Part shown: positions 41,669 to 53,299 of the stretch, piece by piece
How the letters are laid out: each line of letters starts with the position of its first letter
Numbering within the stretch: position 1 is the stretch's first letter
Source: Octopus vulgaris
Taxonomy: Eukaryota
Direction: 5' to 3'
Length of the DNA: 64,000 bases
Assembly (NCBI GenBank): GCA_951406725.2
Contig: OX597823.1
Span: 19,964,001-20,028,000 of the forward strand
Made by a program: the position numbers and the translations under genes
The notes under the pieces: generated by a model
The model's input: the letters and a program-made list of their open reading frames with translations, nothing else
Databases searched by the model: none
Told to the model about the DNA's origin: nothing

Positions 41669-42897
41669 GTGAATAAATTGTCGTCTAAATTACGCAAAAG
41701 TGAAACTAACACTGACATTTCATTTTAACAGATACATTTACCAAAATTACATAAAAATATCCTGAAATACTAAAGAATAAATTTATTCAATAAAATCATT
41801 ATTGGCTTCAACCATAGCCTTCAGATGACTTCGGAATCTCCTGCAACTCTTCTGGGCGGTTCCGTTGTTTAAATTGGTGAATGCTGCCATAATCCGTGCC
41901 CTTAGTTCATCTTTGGTGTTACAAGGAAATTTGTTGGTCTTCCGCTCAACTGCGCCCCACACATAGTAATGAAGGTGGGTTTCAGTCTGGGGAGTTAGGT
42001 GGCCAGATGTTAGGGGTGATGCCAGGCATAGGGTCTTCCTGCAGTCACCCTCTTCACCCAGAGCAGCACTACATCATTCAAGCACTTGATGTAGGCCTCC
42101 GTGTTGAGTGTGAGGCTGTGTGGGAGATGATGAATGTAGGCGTAACTTAGCCATCACTAGTGATCACGCGAAACATCATGATGTTGACTGGATGTTTGAG
42201 TTTTTCTTTTCACTCTCAGTATGTTTTGAGGACATAGCAAACGAATGGTTGTTCTGTGTGTTCTCCATCTGAACCTGGTAGAAAGTTTTCTCATCTGAGA
42301 AAAACCAAAGCATGTTCGGTTGAAGGAGATGTTTGAGTTTGTTCAAAAGCTTCGTAGCGCGGTCCTTGCTCTTGTCCTTGATAGCTTGGAATAAAAATTG
42401 GCTCTTTCTCATCTTGTATGAGGAATACCGAATGTCTTTATGCACTATATGCCTGAGAAGAAACTCCGACACTCCCTTGTCCCTGACGATGGACCTGATT
42501 GACTTGGAGGGATCATTGTCAATCATGGCCTGGATCTCACCAACAAATTCAAGAGTTCTTTTCTTATATGAACGATCAGAGTGAGTTCTCCGAGATGCCG
42601 TATCTTCGTAATAACTATTAGACTAATCCAACTCTTTCTGAATCTTCTGCACTCTTCTTACATTAACACCCAAACACTCTGAAATGCTCGTATTGGAGCT
42701 TCTGGTGCGAATGCCAAGCAGTACAGCATGTTGCTTCCAAATTTATGGCAGAGTGAATTGCGTCATGGCGCTGTTTTTCTCGCAGACGTTGCCCAAGTAA
42801 CTTTACTATACTGTGTAGTCGAGAAAATAAATTCAAACAATGCGGTGTGTGAAATTAAAAATATAAAATGACGACAATTTACCCATCGCAGCCTCTG
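41663..42897 (-). mobile_element. Decayed Tc1/mariner-superfamily transposon (maT/DD37D-like)
   Basis: DPSKSIRSI..YKMRK..WFFSDEKTF (ORF 42176-42526) and WPPNSPD*NP (~41975-42004). Imperfect TIRs gcggtgaataaattgtcgtc / gacgacaatttacccatcgc. About 1.2 kb. Confidence 0.85.
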
Positions 42898-42910
42898 TGT
42901 GTGTGTGTGA

Positions 42911-42986
<76 letters not shown>

Positions 42987-43055
42987 GCTGCGATGGGTAA
43001 ATATATATATACTTCAGAGGAATAGAAAAGTTATTAACCAAACATATGAATATAC

Positions 43056-43490
43056 TCATAGGTGACTTCAACCTTCTAAATCTTAAATGGCCTGAAGGCC
43101 ACTTCTTCTCAGGGATGTTACTGCATGAACAAAGGCAAGCAGAATCCCTGCTTGAACTTTTTAATATGCTGTTCGTAGAACAAGTGATACTCCGGTCAAA
43201 CAGGAGTTACAACGTCTTGGATCTCAGCTTCATAAATAATACGAACTTTTTCCATAGCGTGAAGGTGATGCTAACAGCTTTTTCGAACCACAACATTGCT
43301 GAACAATCTACAGTCCTAGGCAAACTGCCTATGAGTTGGATCCAGGCGATATCCATCTTAAATTTCAATAGAGCAAACTAGAAATCAATCTGCAAAGAGA
43401 TCTACAAATAAAACTGGCCCCAACAGCCTCTCTATGCAAGACTATAATTTAAAATTATTTAAATGATGTCGACAGTGCAAGCTATATGCA
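43056..43490 (+). pseudogene. Degraded LINE apurinic-endonuclease fragment
   Basis: ILIGDFNL..W, NVLDL, FSNHN (SDH-like) and NFNRAN motifs in ORF 43046-43381. Confidence 0.75.
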
Positions 43491-43739
43491 TTGTAGCTTG
43501 AAATGCAGGCTTTGGTGAGTTTGCTGTTAGATACACAGTGTTATATAAAGTTGGCGATGTAGTTAGGAAGATAGATAAGAGAGTAGAGATTCGCAAGAAG
43601 AGAAATGGATGGACGTTTTATACTGGATATGTTAAATTTATGTTGACTAAATCTCTACAAAATATTAAAACAAAATAATAGTTTGATAAATAACTAACGT
43701 GTTAATATCTTGTTTCCATACTATATTGTACCACAGAAT

Positions 43740-43798
<59 letters not shown>

Positions 43799-43814
43799 AA
43801 TATATAAACATGTA

Positions 43815-43874
<60 letters not shown>

Positions 43875-43885
43875 TATAAATATAA

Positions 43886-43946
<61 letters not shown>

Positions 43947-43993
43947 CCATCACCATATGAATAGACAGATTTGAAATACATCGTCTTAATATA

Positions 43994-44446
43994 CAGAGTT
44001 GGCCAAAAGTTACCTGACAGAAAATCAAAACCATTTAATTCCAAGATTTATGTATGTTTAACAACTGAATGAATTTAAAAAGCGCATCTGAATATGAAAC
44101 AGTCCTTCTTGAGCGACTGATTTTTCATTCAGGTCAATACAGAATTACAGATAGTATTTATGGAATTTTGATTTACTGTCGAATGATTTTTCGTCAACAC
44201 TGTATATCTTCGAGGACCATAGAAAATGGAACAGATAATATATTTTGAATTCTGTGTTGGAATTTTATCAGCAACTGGGTACTCTTTTTAACTATTTACC
44301 AAAACACTGTTCATGAACTCATTGCTAGGAAGATCTTAAGTAAACTTGTGAAGCAAAAATGCAATACAACGTATTCTTAGTAAGTAGTTCGATTAAATTT
44401 TTTTTCGTTTCAGTAGAATATATCTATAAATTTTTAGTCAACTCTG
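43994..44446. mobile_element. Tc1-like MITE
   Basis: TA-cagagttggccaaaa / ttttagtcaactctg-TA (13 of 15 match). Confidence 0.65.
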
Positions 44447-45394
44447 TATCTATAGACACATGTAAACATCTTGCGTTTCTGTTTCTTGTTTTTTGAAAAC
44501 ATGTTATTGAAATCATGCTCAGCTCAAATCTAGTTTTATAAACGTAGAGAACTTATTAATTCTGTGCGCTTTCTTTGAAACACGACATTTCTTAGGTCCT
44601 TCGAGATTTAACGACCTTCTCTGTCTTGTTTTTTTCATGAAATGGTTTTAGAGGCGGCTGCCGTTGTTATTATTTTTACCGTTGTAGTTTTGTTGTTGCT
44701 GTCGTCGACGAGGATCTTGGGAACGTTGTTTTGTTTGTTTCTCATTGATCACACCGAACTTGAAATTTAATTTTCTGAACGCTGATGAGAAGTTTGTTGG
44801 CCTTGGAATTTGATATTAGTTTCTTAGTCGGATGGAATAACTTTGTATTGCGTTTCGCAAGTATATTTTGGTATTACTATAGTTCTATGACTAATCTAGT
44901 TTCTTTAAATTTTATTTTGTGTAGGGGGTTGTGCTGGTGATTGTATATAAGATAGTTATGTTATCAATTAATGGTTTTCCAATCTAAATTGTCTTTGTAT
45001 CGTACAGTATAACATGTCACCATGACTCTGTTGTACATACATGGAACACTGGCGACGACAAGGTGTGGAACGGTTATGCTTAACGCAACAGTTTACAGCT
45101 TATATTTATTTATATATTTGTACATATATTTATATATTTTGTTACATTTATGTGGACTATAACGTCATCGTTTGGTGAAAGGTTTCTAATTGGCCAATTT
45201 CTGGTTCGCTGTATTTATAATGACGGGAGTGGCAAGGAACTGTATATGCAAATCAGGGTAAACAGATTCTGCCACACAAAAATATCACTATGGAAATATA
45301 ATAATGGGATTAAATAAACGCTTGTTAATGGTGATAGTCATATAATTTTTATATTATACCTTGATACTGTGCAGACTGAGATCCTGGTTGACAG

Positions 45395-45618
45395 GCCGCT
45401 GGCAGAATCGTTAGCACGCCGGGCGAAATGCGTAGTCATATTTCGTCTGCCGTTACGTTCTGAGTTCAAATTCCGCCGAGGTCGACTTTGCCTTTCATCC
45501 TTTCGGGGTCGATAAATTAAGTACCAGTTACGCACTGGGGTCGATGTAATCGACTTAATACCTATGCCTGTCCTTGTTTGTCTTCTCTGTGTTTAGCCTC
45601 TTGTAAAGAAATAGGTAT
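45395..45618 (+). mobile_element. SINE family A monomer
   Basis: Matches the family A head and body. Confidence 0.88.
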
Positions 45619-45740
45619 TCATAGTATCAAGCAATTTCGGTATGCAAGTTAGGGACTCCTTCATAGAGTAACTGCTAGATTTGTTGAGTATATAAACAGT
45701 TTGGTTGCTTGTTTCTCTGGAGATTGTCGAAGTGATGTGG

Positions 45741-45789
<49 letters not shown>

Positions 45790-45839
45790 CATATACACAC
45801 ACACATATATGTAGGTATATATATATACATGTATGTATG

Positions 45840-45878
<39 letters not shown>

Positions 45879-46140
45879 GCGTGTGTGTATATATATATAT
45901 ATGTGTGTGTATGTATCATCATCATCATCATTGTATTTTTTGCAGCCGGATGCTCCACCTGTCACCAACCCTATATATTTCCAAGCGAGGCAATAATCTC
46001 CCAGCTTATAGAACAACAAACACCCCCGGACGTGTTTTATGTGGAGAACCAGAAACAAACGATACCAGATGAACAAGCGTTTTACTTATGAAGATCACTC
46101 ATTCAACATATGTCAAGAAGCCTGGACATGCTTTCGTGCT

Positions 46141-48005
46141 GGACTTCCAGGAAGTCTATCCGCCCTACCTCCAAGGAATTTCCTAGAAGTTCTTCATCCC
46201 AACTTTCCGGGAAATCCATCTTCCCCTTCACCTCGGGATTTCGAGGATGTTCCCATCATCGGAAATTTCCAGGAAATCCCTCCTTCTCGTCTCCCCCATT
46301 GGAACATTCCAGGAAGTCTTTCCTCCCCGTCCCCCTCCTCGGAACTTTCCAGGAAGGCCTTCCTCCCTGGAACTTTCCACGAATGTCCAATCCTCGGACA
46401 ATTCCAGGAAGTCCATCCTCCGCTACTCACCGGAATTTCCAGGAAATTTCCATCCTCGGAACTTTCCAGGAAATCCCATCGTCGGAAAATTCCAGGAAAT
46501 CTTTCCTCCCTCCTTAGAACTTTTACGGAAGTCCTTCTCCCCTCATCCTGGGAACTTTCCATGAAGTCCTTCCTCCCCGACTCCTCAGAACTTTTCAGGA
46601 AGTTCCCTTCCTCAGAACTTTCCGGGGAGTCCATCCTTTCCTTCTCGGAATTTCCAGGAAGTTGCCATCCTTGGAACTTTCCAGAAAATCCTTACTTCCT
46701 CCTTGGAGCTTTCCTGGAATTCCTTCCTCCCCCTTCCTCGGAACATTCCAGGAAGTTCCCTTCCTCTGTTACCATGACCATCTTCAACACTCCAAATCTT
46801 CTTCCTCCTCCTCCTCTTCTTCTTCTTCTTCTTCTTCTTCTTATTATTATTATTATTATTCTCCTAATCATTATCATCATCATCATCATCATCATCATCA
46901 CCATCATCATTTTCTATGCGTATATATATATATATCGTTGGTATTATGCAAAAGTGTAGTAAGTCCAAAATGTTCCTTTTTCAGAAAAAGAGAAAATAGT
47001 CTCATTATTCCATAATAAAAGCGTTGTACTACACTTTGATCATATTTGATGTCTTGGCATCTGAAGCAGCTGGAGTTTGACCAAAAGACCGCTTATTGCA
47101 AGCAAAAAAATATTGAAAAAAGAACGCTTTTAACTTCGTGGTTCGGCAAAATATCTGAACGTTCCAAGAAGGGGACAAAGGAGAGGAATAAATTCTTGGA
47201 GAGTTCCGAGGAGGTATGAATGAATTCCTGGAAAGTTCCGAGGAGGGGAATGAATTCCTGGAAAGTTCAGTGGAGGGGAATGAATTCCTGGAAAGTTCCG
47301 AAGAGGGGAATGAATTACTTCCTGGAAAGTTTCGAGGAGGGGAAATTACTTCCTGGAAAGTTCGAAGAATGGGGATGACTTCCTGAAAAGTTCCTATGAG
47401 GGGAGTAGTTATTTCCTGGAAAGTTCCGTGGATGAGTAAATGGAGGAATTACTTGTTGGAAAAATCCGGCGAAAGGGGGAATTACTTCTTGGAAAGTTCC
47501 AAGGAGGGGGGGTAACATCCTGGAAATTTCCGAGGACTGGGAGGAGGGGGAGGAATTACTTCCTGGAAAACTCCGATGATGGGGAGGAATTACTTCCTGG
47601 AAAGTTCCGGGGATGGGGATAACTTGCTGGAAAGTTCCGACCCGTGGAGGAATTATTTCCTGGAAAATTCCGAGGAGGAGGAAGTAGAGGAATTATTTCC
47701 CGGAAAGTTCAGAGGAGGGTAGGAATTACTTTCTAGAAAATTCCGAGGAGGGGGGAGTTACTTCCTGGAAAGTTCCGAGGGTCGGTAGGAGTTAATTCCT
47801 GGAAAGTTCCGAGGAGTGAGAGAAATCACTTCCTGATAAGTTCTGATGAGGGGAGGAATTACTTCCTGGAAAGCTCCATAGTGTGGCAGGAAGAGGAGGA
47901 ATTACTTCCTGGAATGTTCCGAGGAGGTTGAGGAAACACTTTCTGGAAATTTTCGAGGAGAGGAGGAATTACTTCCTGGAAAGTTCCGATGAGGAGAAGG
48001 AATCA
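46141..48005. repeat. Foldback of degenerate ~30-bp tandem units
   Basis: Left arm (46141-46762) consensus cctcggaactttccaggaagt; right arm (47190-48005) acttcctggaaagttccgagg; spacer holds trinucleotide SSRs and unique DNA. Confidence 0.9.
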
Positions 48006-48286
48006 CTGCTACCATCTACAAGTCACTTTCAGGGCACTTGATCATTTAACATTCTTCTACTACTACCAGGGCACTCCCGCATTCTTCTTCTCCTCCGCCT
48101 CCTCCTCCTCCTCCTTCTTCTTCTTCTTCCCTGCCAAGAATTGACAACGACCTCGAATCCACAAGAGTAAACAAGAGAGACAGAGACAGGCAGAAACAAG
48201 GCAAATGTTCATTGTATTTGAATACTATGCAAATATTCTTTTAAAAAACTTTTCTTTTAATTTTTCCAAAATTTTATTTTCCAAAC

Positions 48287-48328
48287 TTTCAGTTGAAAAA
48301 GTCTCAATGACTGAAACCGGTACTGAAA
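48287..48328 (+). ncRNA. Minimal type I hammerhead motif with U3-A8 variant core
   Basis: tttcag-TTGAAAA-agtc-tcaat-gact-GAAA-ccgg-TA-ctgaaa. Perfect stems I (6 bp) and II (4 bp). Confidence 0.7.
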
Positions 48329-48352
48329 CGTTTTGTATGAAATTATTCAACC

Positions 48353-48478
<126 letters not shown>

Positions 48479-48508
48479 ATATATATATGACTCTTCCTAG
48501 ACGCAACA

Positions 48509-48564
<56 letters not shown>

Positions 48565-48573
48565 GTATGTATA

Positions 48574-48743
48574 CTGTTGTTTCTGAGGAGAGTCATTTAC
48601 TTTTTGTTCCTTCTAATTTAACATATTCACCGGTAAAATTTCCACTTATTACTTATTTTTATAAAAATAAGGAATAAGGGAAACTTTAAATTGTGTTGAA
48701 TTATAAGGCACAAAAAGAAAATGACTCTCCCCAGACACAACAG
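48574..48743. repeat. Imperfect hairpin repeat between (TA)n tracts
   Basis: ctgttgtttctgaggagagtcattt.. / ..aaatgactctccccagacacaacag; partial third copy at 48489-48512. Confidence 0.8.
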
Positions 48744-48790
48744 ACACACGAACTCACATAAAGAATCTTGCAAACCAAATCCCAAAACGA

Positions 48791-48856
<66 letters not shown>

Positions 48857-49665
48857 TGTGTATATGACACGGCACCAGTAGTCGCGTATTCGGAGAATAC
48901 TATGACGAAAGTTTAAAGCTACAGCTCTCAGTCATGTTGATAATTAAGTGCTGACTACATTCTGTGAGAAAAATTATTCTGACCAAATCCAATGAAAATT
49001 TATTTATGGAAATAGGTGTATTTGTCTCAAGTCTGAATTAACCATTTAGGGATTTGCGACAAAAGGCATACCTAGATACGACAGCCTCACCATTGGCGAA
49101 GAACTGAAGAGAAAAAAATGAGAAAAGATGACAAAATCTCTTTAGTTGCAGCTATCGAAAAGAAAATCTTCGAAATAATAAAACTATCATATTTTTTAGT
49201 TATGGATTAATAATGACTGACAATTTTTATAAAACGGTGACAAAAAATCTTTCTGTTGGCTAAATGAATAAAATGAAAATACACTTCGACGAACTACACC
49301 CACAGCTAATTATTTTATGAGAAAATAATTACGCCAAATGACATTTGTTGTATGCAAGAGGAGAGCCAATGGTTGTCATTTTATCCCCTCAGTGTAAACA
49401 CTGCACAAAGAACACCAGATGGATTTTATCCGAGAGCAGACATGTCTTTAACAACGCTGACGCCACGTGTCAGAATAAACCACATTCTTATAGCTACTGT
49501 GTTAGTTCGTAGCCAGGATGACCGTTCTTCTGCTTCTTTGTTACCTCACAACCAAGCTGACTGTCGTCTTGCTACTATGCTATCCGGAAGTCAGGGAATG
49601 TAATAAGAAAAATGACACTAACAAATATATTAATAGTGATTTATATATATATATTATTAAATATA

Positions 49666-49896
49666 AGGCGGCGAGCTGGCAGAAACGTTAGCAGGCCGGG
49701 CGAAATGCTTGGCGGTATTTCGTCTGCCGTTACGTTCTGAGCTCAAACTCCGCCGAGGTCGACTTTGCCTTTCATCCTTTCGGGGTCGATAAATTAAGTA
49801 CCAGTTACGCACTGGGGTCGATATAATCGACTTAATCCGTTTGTCTGTCCTTGTTTGTCCTCTCTATGTTTAGCCCCTTGTATGTAGTAAAGAAAT
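49666..49896 (+). mobile_element. SINE family A monomer
   Basis: Full head and body, flanked by direct repeat tatatattattaaa. Confidence 0.9.
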
Positions 49897-50383
49897 ATAT
49901 ATTATTAAACACATATAAAAGGTGACGAGCAGGCAGGGTTCTTAGTACGCTGGACAAAATGCTTAGCGGCATCTCTTCCGGTTTTACATTCAAACTCTGC
50001 AGAAGTTAAATCTGTCGGCATTCCTTCGATATAACTTGACAACATAAAAACATTTCACCGGGTATTTCTGTGGTTTGTGCAGTAAAGATATAACGAAATT
50101 ATGCCAGCAATTGTCTCATTTTAAACTTGAAGAAAAATAAAAGCCTTGCATATTTGTTCTTACCTGTTTCAGGTGTGTATGTAAAATTCGCAAATTTCCA
50201 AACAGAAAACAGAATCGAACTGTCATTTGCTTCCACAGAAATACCCGAAGTGAAATGTTTTGATTTCGTCGAGTTATATCGAAAGAATGCCAATCTGCCT
50301 TGTATCCTTCTCGGGTCGAAAAAAATATTACTAGCTGAGCCCCACTTAAAATTACTGGCTTTGTACCAAAATTATTAAGAATG

Positions 50384-50576
50384 GAGTGGCTGTGAGGTAG
50401 ATAGCCAGGCGCAGGAGTGGCTGTGTGGTAGGTAGCTTGCTTACCAACCACATGGTTCCGGGTTCAGTCCTATTCCGTATCACATTGGGCAAGTGTCTCC
50501 TACTATAGCCTCGGGCCGACAAAATTCTTGAGTGGATATGGTAGACGGAAACTGAAAGAAGCCCATCGTATATATG

Positions 50577-50607
<31 letters not shown>

Positions 50608-50745
50608 GTGTGTGTATGTGTGTATGTTTGTGTGTCTGTGTTTGTCCTCCCCAACATCGCTTGACAACCGATGCTGGTGTGTTTATGTCCCCGTACTCCA
50701 GCATGGCCGCAGTCAAATTACTGAAACAAGTAAAAGAGAATAAAA
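50384..50745 (+). mobile_element. SINE family B with duplicated 5' tip and internal deletion
   Basis: ggagtggctgtg occurs twice (50383, 50414); the gtaactt..ggcggtg segment is missing. Confidence 0.85.
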
Positions 50746-51038
50746 AAAAAAGAAAAGGAATAATCATTCACTCTTGAAAGATGGAGAGCTGGAAGAATGG
50801 TAAGCCTGCCGGACAAAATCTTAGCGGCAATTTTTCCAGTCTATCTTCTGAGTTAAAATTTCGCCAAGGTCGACTTTACCTTTCATTCTTTCTGGGTCGA
50901 TAAAATAAAGTACTGAGGTCAATGTAATCGATTGACCCGCTCCTCCTAAAATTGCGGGGTTTTTGCTAACATTTGAAGCAATTATTATACGCACACGAAT
51001 TAGAAAAGCGAGGAATATAACGAATTGAAATATATTGG

Positions 51039-51501
51039 GGATCTTTTCGGTTTGAACGGCAGTTTTTAATATAATTTCTAGGTAACTAAAAAATGTTTAA
51101 ACTTCGTATACTGGTAGAATGTGTTTATAAAACATCTTTTTCTCTGGGCTTTATTGAGAAAATTCTATAGTTTGTAAGATATTTGTTGTTTTTTTCTTCA
51201 ATTTATGCAATTTCAACCAATCACTGACGTCTATTGAGGTAAAAAACATTCTGTGCCGTATGAATATGTCCCTCGTTTAAGAAACAGATTGGGTTTATTT
51301 ACATTTGTGAAGAAAAAAAGATACCCTTCCCCCCACTCATAACCCTAACCCTAACTAACTCTAACTAATCCTAACTAACCTTAACTAACCCTAACCCTAA
51401 AACAGATTGAAATGCAATAGATCGATACTAGGGTCATAATTATGGGTGACAATTTCATATGACACCGCTAGAAAAAACTGCCGTTCAAACCGATAAGATC
51501 C
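51039..51501. mobile_element. Second copy of the same MITE (opposite orientation) with a telomere-like tract
   Basis: Same TIR; TSD tatattgg; (taaccc)-like run at 51340-51399. Confidence 0.93.
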
Positions 51502-52189
51502 TATATTGGTAGTGAAGTGATTTAAAACTCTCTGTACAAGAAGGAGCGTCCACGACTTGAATTAATCAGAAACGCACTGAGTTGATATAAACGGTGATTT
51601 ATGAAATCGCGAATAAAAAATAAAATGTGTAATGACATGTCATTTTGGAAAATTAAAACATTTTTGTATATACCCTCTACTACTGGGAATAATAAAGAAT
51701 TAAAGAAATACAAAATAATTGAAAAGTTTTGTATTTGGAAAATGGGTAAAAAATGATCGTTGATCTACGGAACACTATCAGTGCTGTGGTGTTGTTACAT
51801 ATAAACAAGCCCTTTCCAGGAATATATAAATGTAAAAGTAACACATAGAGTGTGTTTGAAGATGGTAAAAAGAGAACATTTGGGTATAAATTTATCAATT
51901 CCAAACCAGAAAAAGGCTATTCGTGAAAAACTCCTGCATTAAATGAGAATAAGTGAAAGAAAAATAATTAACAAGAAATTTAATCCAAATCAATTTAAAG
52001 GTTACTGTAATATGAGTAAATAATAAATGTCACGGAAGTTCCTTCTCTGGGAGAAATCTGAAAGAAGTTTTGCCCACGACACCAAAAGGAAAAATACATA
52101 CTATATATACTTTATCAATAATGATGCCCTTGAGACTCTGGTTAAAATATTTCAAAATAGGAAAGCAGCAGTGTGAGGCTTGATCATCG

Positions 52190-53164
52190 TATATTCTTTT
52201 CTACTCTAGGCACAAGGCCCGAAATTTTTGGGCGAAGGGACTAGTCGATTAGATCGATACCAGTACGCAACTGGTACTTAATTTATCGACCCTGAAAGGA
52301 TGAAAGGCAAAAGTCGACCTCGGCGGAATTTGAACTCAGAACGTAGCGGCAGACGAAATACCTATTTCTTTATTACCCACAAGGGGCTAAACATAGAGGG
52401 GACAAACATGGACAGACATAGGTATTAAGTCGATTAGATTGACCCTGATACAAAATTGGTACTTAATTTATCGACCCCAAAAGGATGAAAAGCAAAGTCG
52501 ACATCGGCGGAATTTGAACTCAGAACGTAGCGGCAGACGAAATACCTATTTCTTTATTACCCACAAGGGGCTAAACATAGAGGAGATAAACATGGACAGA
52601 CATAGGTATTAAGTCGATTATATTGACCCCAGTGCGTAACTGGTACTTAATTTATCGACCCCGAAAGGATGAAAGGCAAAGTCGACCTCGGCGGAATTTG
52701 AACTCAGAACGTAAAAACAGACGAAATACCGCTAAGCATTTCGCCCTGCGTGCTAACGTGTCTGCCATCTCGCTGCCTTAATTCAATAATATACAAACTA
52801 GCAACTGACTAGTAGTCCAGATTGCACCATAGTCACATAGAAGGGGCTTATCATTATGTCCCCATCTCGCTTTATGTCGTATTATATCCTCATCTCGCCC
52901 GGCGTGCTAACGTTTCTGCCAGCTCGCCGCCTTATTCTTTTCTATTCTAGGCACAAGGTTCGAAATTTTCAGGAGTGGGGCCAGTCGATTAGATCGACCC
53001 CAATACACAACTTGTACTTAATTTATCGACCCCGAAAGGATGAAAGGAAAAATCGACCTCGGCGGAATTTGAACTCAGAACGTAAAGGCAGACGAAATAG
53101 CTATTTCTTTACTACCGCTAAGTATTTCGCCCGGCGTGCTAACAATTCTGCCAGCTCGCCGCCT
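52190..53164 (-). mobile_element. SINE family A cluster: trimer 52190-52778, head fragment ~52895-52931, monomer 52932-53164
   Basis: Repeated gtcgacctcggcggaatttgaactcagaacgt; two tail types present. Confidence 0.9.
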
Positions 53165-53299
53165 TTTATTATCGTATATTAACACAAATAATAGTCTTAT
53201 ATCAGAAGAATCGTATCGACCTTTACAAAGAGCTCGGTAGCTTTTGCAAAGCCAGGTGCTTTATGCCGTAAGGTTGACTTTGTCTGCACGTACGGGACA

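Noticed and set aside
46039-46959. 306-aa ORF
   Set aside because: Product of the ~30-bp repeat arm and trinucleotide SSRs; overlapping frames are also open.
46141-48005. CRISPR-like repeat-spacer appearance
   Set aside because: Repeats are degenerate, spacers are short and related to each other, orientation flips midway, context is eukaryotic, and there are no cas genes.
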